A stretch of 64,000 nt of DNA, taken from positions 1,245 through 65,244 of the forward strand of contig CABUJN010000003.1 in assembly GCA_902491935.1 (NCBI GenBank). The letters are read 5' to 3'. Below, piece by piece: positions 62,627 through 64,000 of the stretch. Position 1 is the first letter of the stretch, and the number at the start of each line of letters is the position of its first letter. The notes beneath the pieces are model-generated. The model worked only from the letters and a program-made list of their open reading frames with translations, did not search any database and was not told the DNA's origin. Origin of the DNA: an uncultured Collinsella sp. Its GTDB lineage: Bacteria > Actinomycetota > Coriobacteriia > Coriobacteriales > Coriobacteriaceae. A program made the position numbers and the translations under genes.

Positions 62627-64000
62627 ATGCCGTGCACAACGATTTTGGTTGGTAAGAACGCGAGCTACGATGGGTCGACGCTTGTCGCCCGCAACGAGGA
62701 CTCGTCCAACGGGGTGTTTGAGCCCAAGCGCATGCGCGTAGTGCATCCCGACGAGCAGCCGCGTGTCTACACGAGTGTCCTGAGCCACCTGACCGTTGAG
62801 CTGCCCGACAATCCCATGCGTTACACAAGCGTCCCCGACGTTGTCCCAGGTCATGGCATTTGGGCCGAGGCCGGTTTCAACGAGCTCAATGTTGGCATGT
62901 CCGCAACCGAGACGCTCACCACCAACGAGCGCGTCCGCGGCGCCGATCCGCTCGTGGACTACGTGCCCGCCAAGGGCAACGAGGGCGAGGACGGCTATGT
63001 GCCGGCGCAGCCCGGCGGTCTGGGCGAGGAGGACATGGTGACCCTGGTGCTGCCGTACGCCAAGTCCGCCCGCGACGGTGTGCGCATTCTGGGCGAGCTG
63101 CTCGAGCGCTACGGCACCTACGAGAACAACGGCATCGCCTTTAGTGACGTTGACGAGATCTGGTGGCTCGAGACCATCGGCGGCCACCACTGGATCGCCA
63201 AGCGCGTGCCCGACGACGCCTATGTGACCATGCCCAACCAGCTGGGTATCAACAGCTTTGACCTGGACGACGCCGAGGGTGCCCAGGCAGACCACATGTG
63301 CTCGGCCGACCTGCGCTCCTGGATGGCCGAGTGGCATCTGGACCTGACGCTAGGCGTCGAGGGCGACGGTCCCGCCGCGGTCTTTAACCCGCGCGAGGCC
63401 TTTGGCTCGCACAGCGACAGCGACCACGTCTACAACACGCCGCGCGCCTGGTACATGCAGCGCTGCCTCAACCCCAGCGATGTGTGGGACGGTCCCGACG
63501 CTGACTACACGCCCGAGAGCGACGACATCCCCTGGAGCCGCGTGCCCGAGCGCAAAGTGACCATCGAGGACATTAAGTACGTGCTTTCGAGCCACTACCA
63601 GGGCACGGAGTACGACTGCTACGGCAGCAAGGGCACGCCCTCCACGCGCGGCGCCTATCGTCCCATCGGCATCAACCGCAACAGCCAGCTTGCCGTGCTA
63701 CAGCTGCGCCCCTATGCGCAGCCGGCGTATCGCGCCGTGCAGTGGATGGCGTTTGGCTCTAACTCGTTTAACGCGCTCGTGCCGCTGTACGCCAATGTCG
63801 AGACCATGCCTGAGTACTATGCCGACACGCAGGCCCGCGTGACGTCCGAGAATTTCTATTGGGCAAATCGCCTGATCGGTGCCTTGGCCGATGTTCGCTT
63901 CCACGAGTGCGGTCGCGCAGTCGAGGATTATCAGGAGAAGGTCGGCGGCATGGGCCACAAGCAGATTCACGACGTTGACGCTGTCGTAGCCGCGCTCCCA
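62627..64000 (+). CDS. C69-family dipeptidase (3' end outside the window)
   Basis: The N-terminus [26 protein letters not shown] carries the Cys nucleophile at position 3. The frame is open to the window end. AAGGAGG lies 6 nt upstream. The ORF is missing from the ORF track because there is no stop in the window. Confidence 0.9.
   Translation, partial: MPCTTILVGKNASYDGSTLVARNEDSSNGVFEPKRMRVVHPDEQPRVYTSVLSHLTVELPDNPMRYTSVPDVVPGHGIWAEAGFNELNVGMSATETLTTNERVRGADPLVDYVPAKGNEGEDGYVPAQPGGLGEEDMVTLVLPYAKSARDGVRILGELLERYGTYENNGIAFSDVDEIWWLETIGGHHWIAKRVPDDAYVTMPNQLGINSFDLDDAEGAQADHMCSADLRSWMAEWHLDLTLGVEGDGPAAVFNPREAFGSHSDSDHVYNTPRAWYMQRCLNPSDVWDGPDADYTPESDDIPWSRVPERKVTIEDIKYVLSSHYQGTEYDCYGSKGTPSTRGAYRPIGINRNSQLAVLQLRPYAQPAYRAVQWMAFGSNSFNALVPLYANVETMPEYYADTQARVTSENFYWANRLIGALADVRFHECGRAVEDYQEKVGGMGHKQIHDVDAVVAALP

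Noticed and set aside
62398-62637. 79-aa minus-strand ORF inside or overlapping the MITE-like element
   Set aside because: It crosses the right terminal inverted repeat and the dipeptidase ribosome-binding site. It has no ribosome-binding site of its own, and its AT-rich composition is unlike that of the genome's genes.

Overview
This is a high-GC chromosomal segment that is mostly core genome. By gene content it probably comes from an anaerobic gut actinobacterium of the Coriobacteriia type; that is an inference, not a database hit. I call about 45 protein genes.

Gene content, in window order:
- An atypical Ser/Thr kinase and an FHA protein, then a DEAD-box helicase with a long RG-rich tail.
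- An alpha-glucoside-type PTS operon: EIIA, a LicT-like antiterminator, EIICB and a GH4 6-phospho-glucosidase.
- A glutamate-synthase-linked [FeFe]-hydrogenase pair, followed by an ABC importer whose permease and ATPase are fused.
- A DinJ-like gene with a CPBP protease, then YgiQ, FucO, an M42 peptidase and a HipH/YjjJ-like HTH-HipA kinase.
- mnmA, cysK and a divergent Rrf2 regulator.
- AddB/AddA-like, DnaE, a SWIM-SNF2 helicase, a superoxide reductase and a NadE-like protein with degenerate catalytic motifs.
- ruvCAB with an SOS box, then fhs.
- A block of hypothetical and accessory genes: a membrane protein, a CDF transporter, a double zinc-ribbon protein, a DUF1016 nuclease and two paralogous lipoproteins.
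- fchA-like and folD, then a 3'-truncated C69 dipeptidase.

I saw no rRNA, tRNA or CRISPR array.

Most unusual signals:
1. A strictly 80-bp-periodic array of six 57-nt palindromic elements at 31-509. A seventh copy lies at 3950-4006, so the kinase/FHA module is bracketed. A decayed copy lies at 59576-59626.
2. A 226-bp AT-rich MITE-like element with 29-bp terminal inverted repeats at 62301-62526.
3. An orphan DinJ/RelB-like antitoxin gene with a palindromic operator, coupled to a CPBP (Abi) intramembrane protease instead of a known toxin.
4. A monocistronic HTH-HipA kinase.
5. A NadE-like protein that appears to have lost both catalytic motifs.

I cannot show that any of these is a new system. 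Each needs the searches listed under findings. The long ORFs antisense to real genes are treated as high-GC artefacts.
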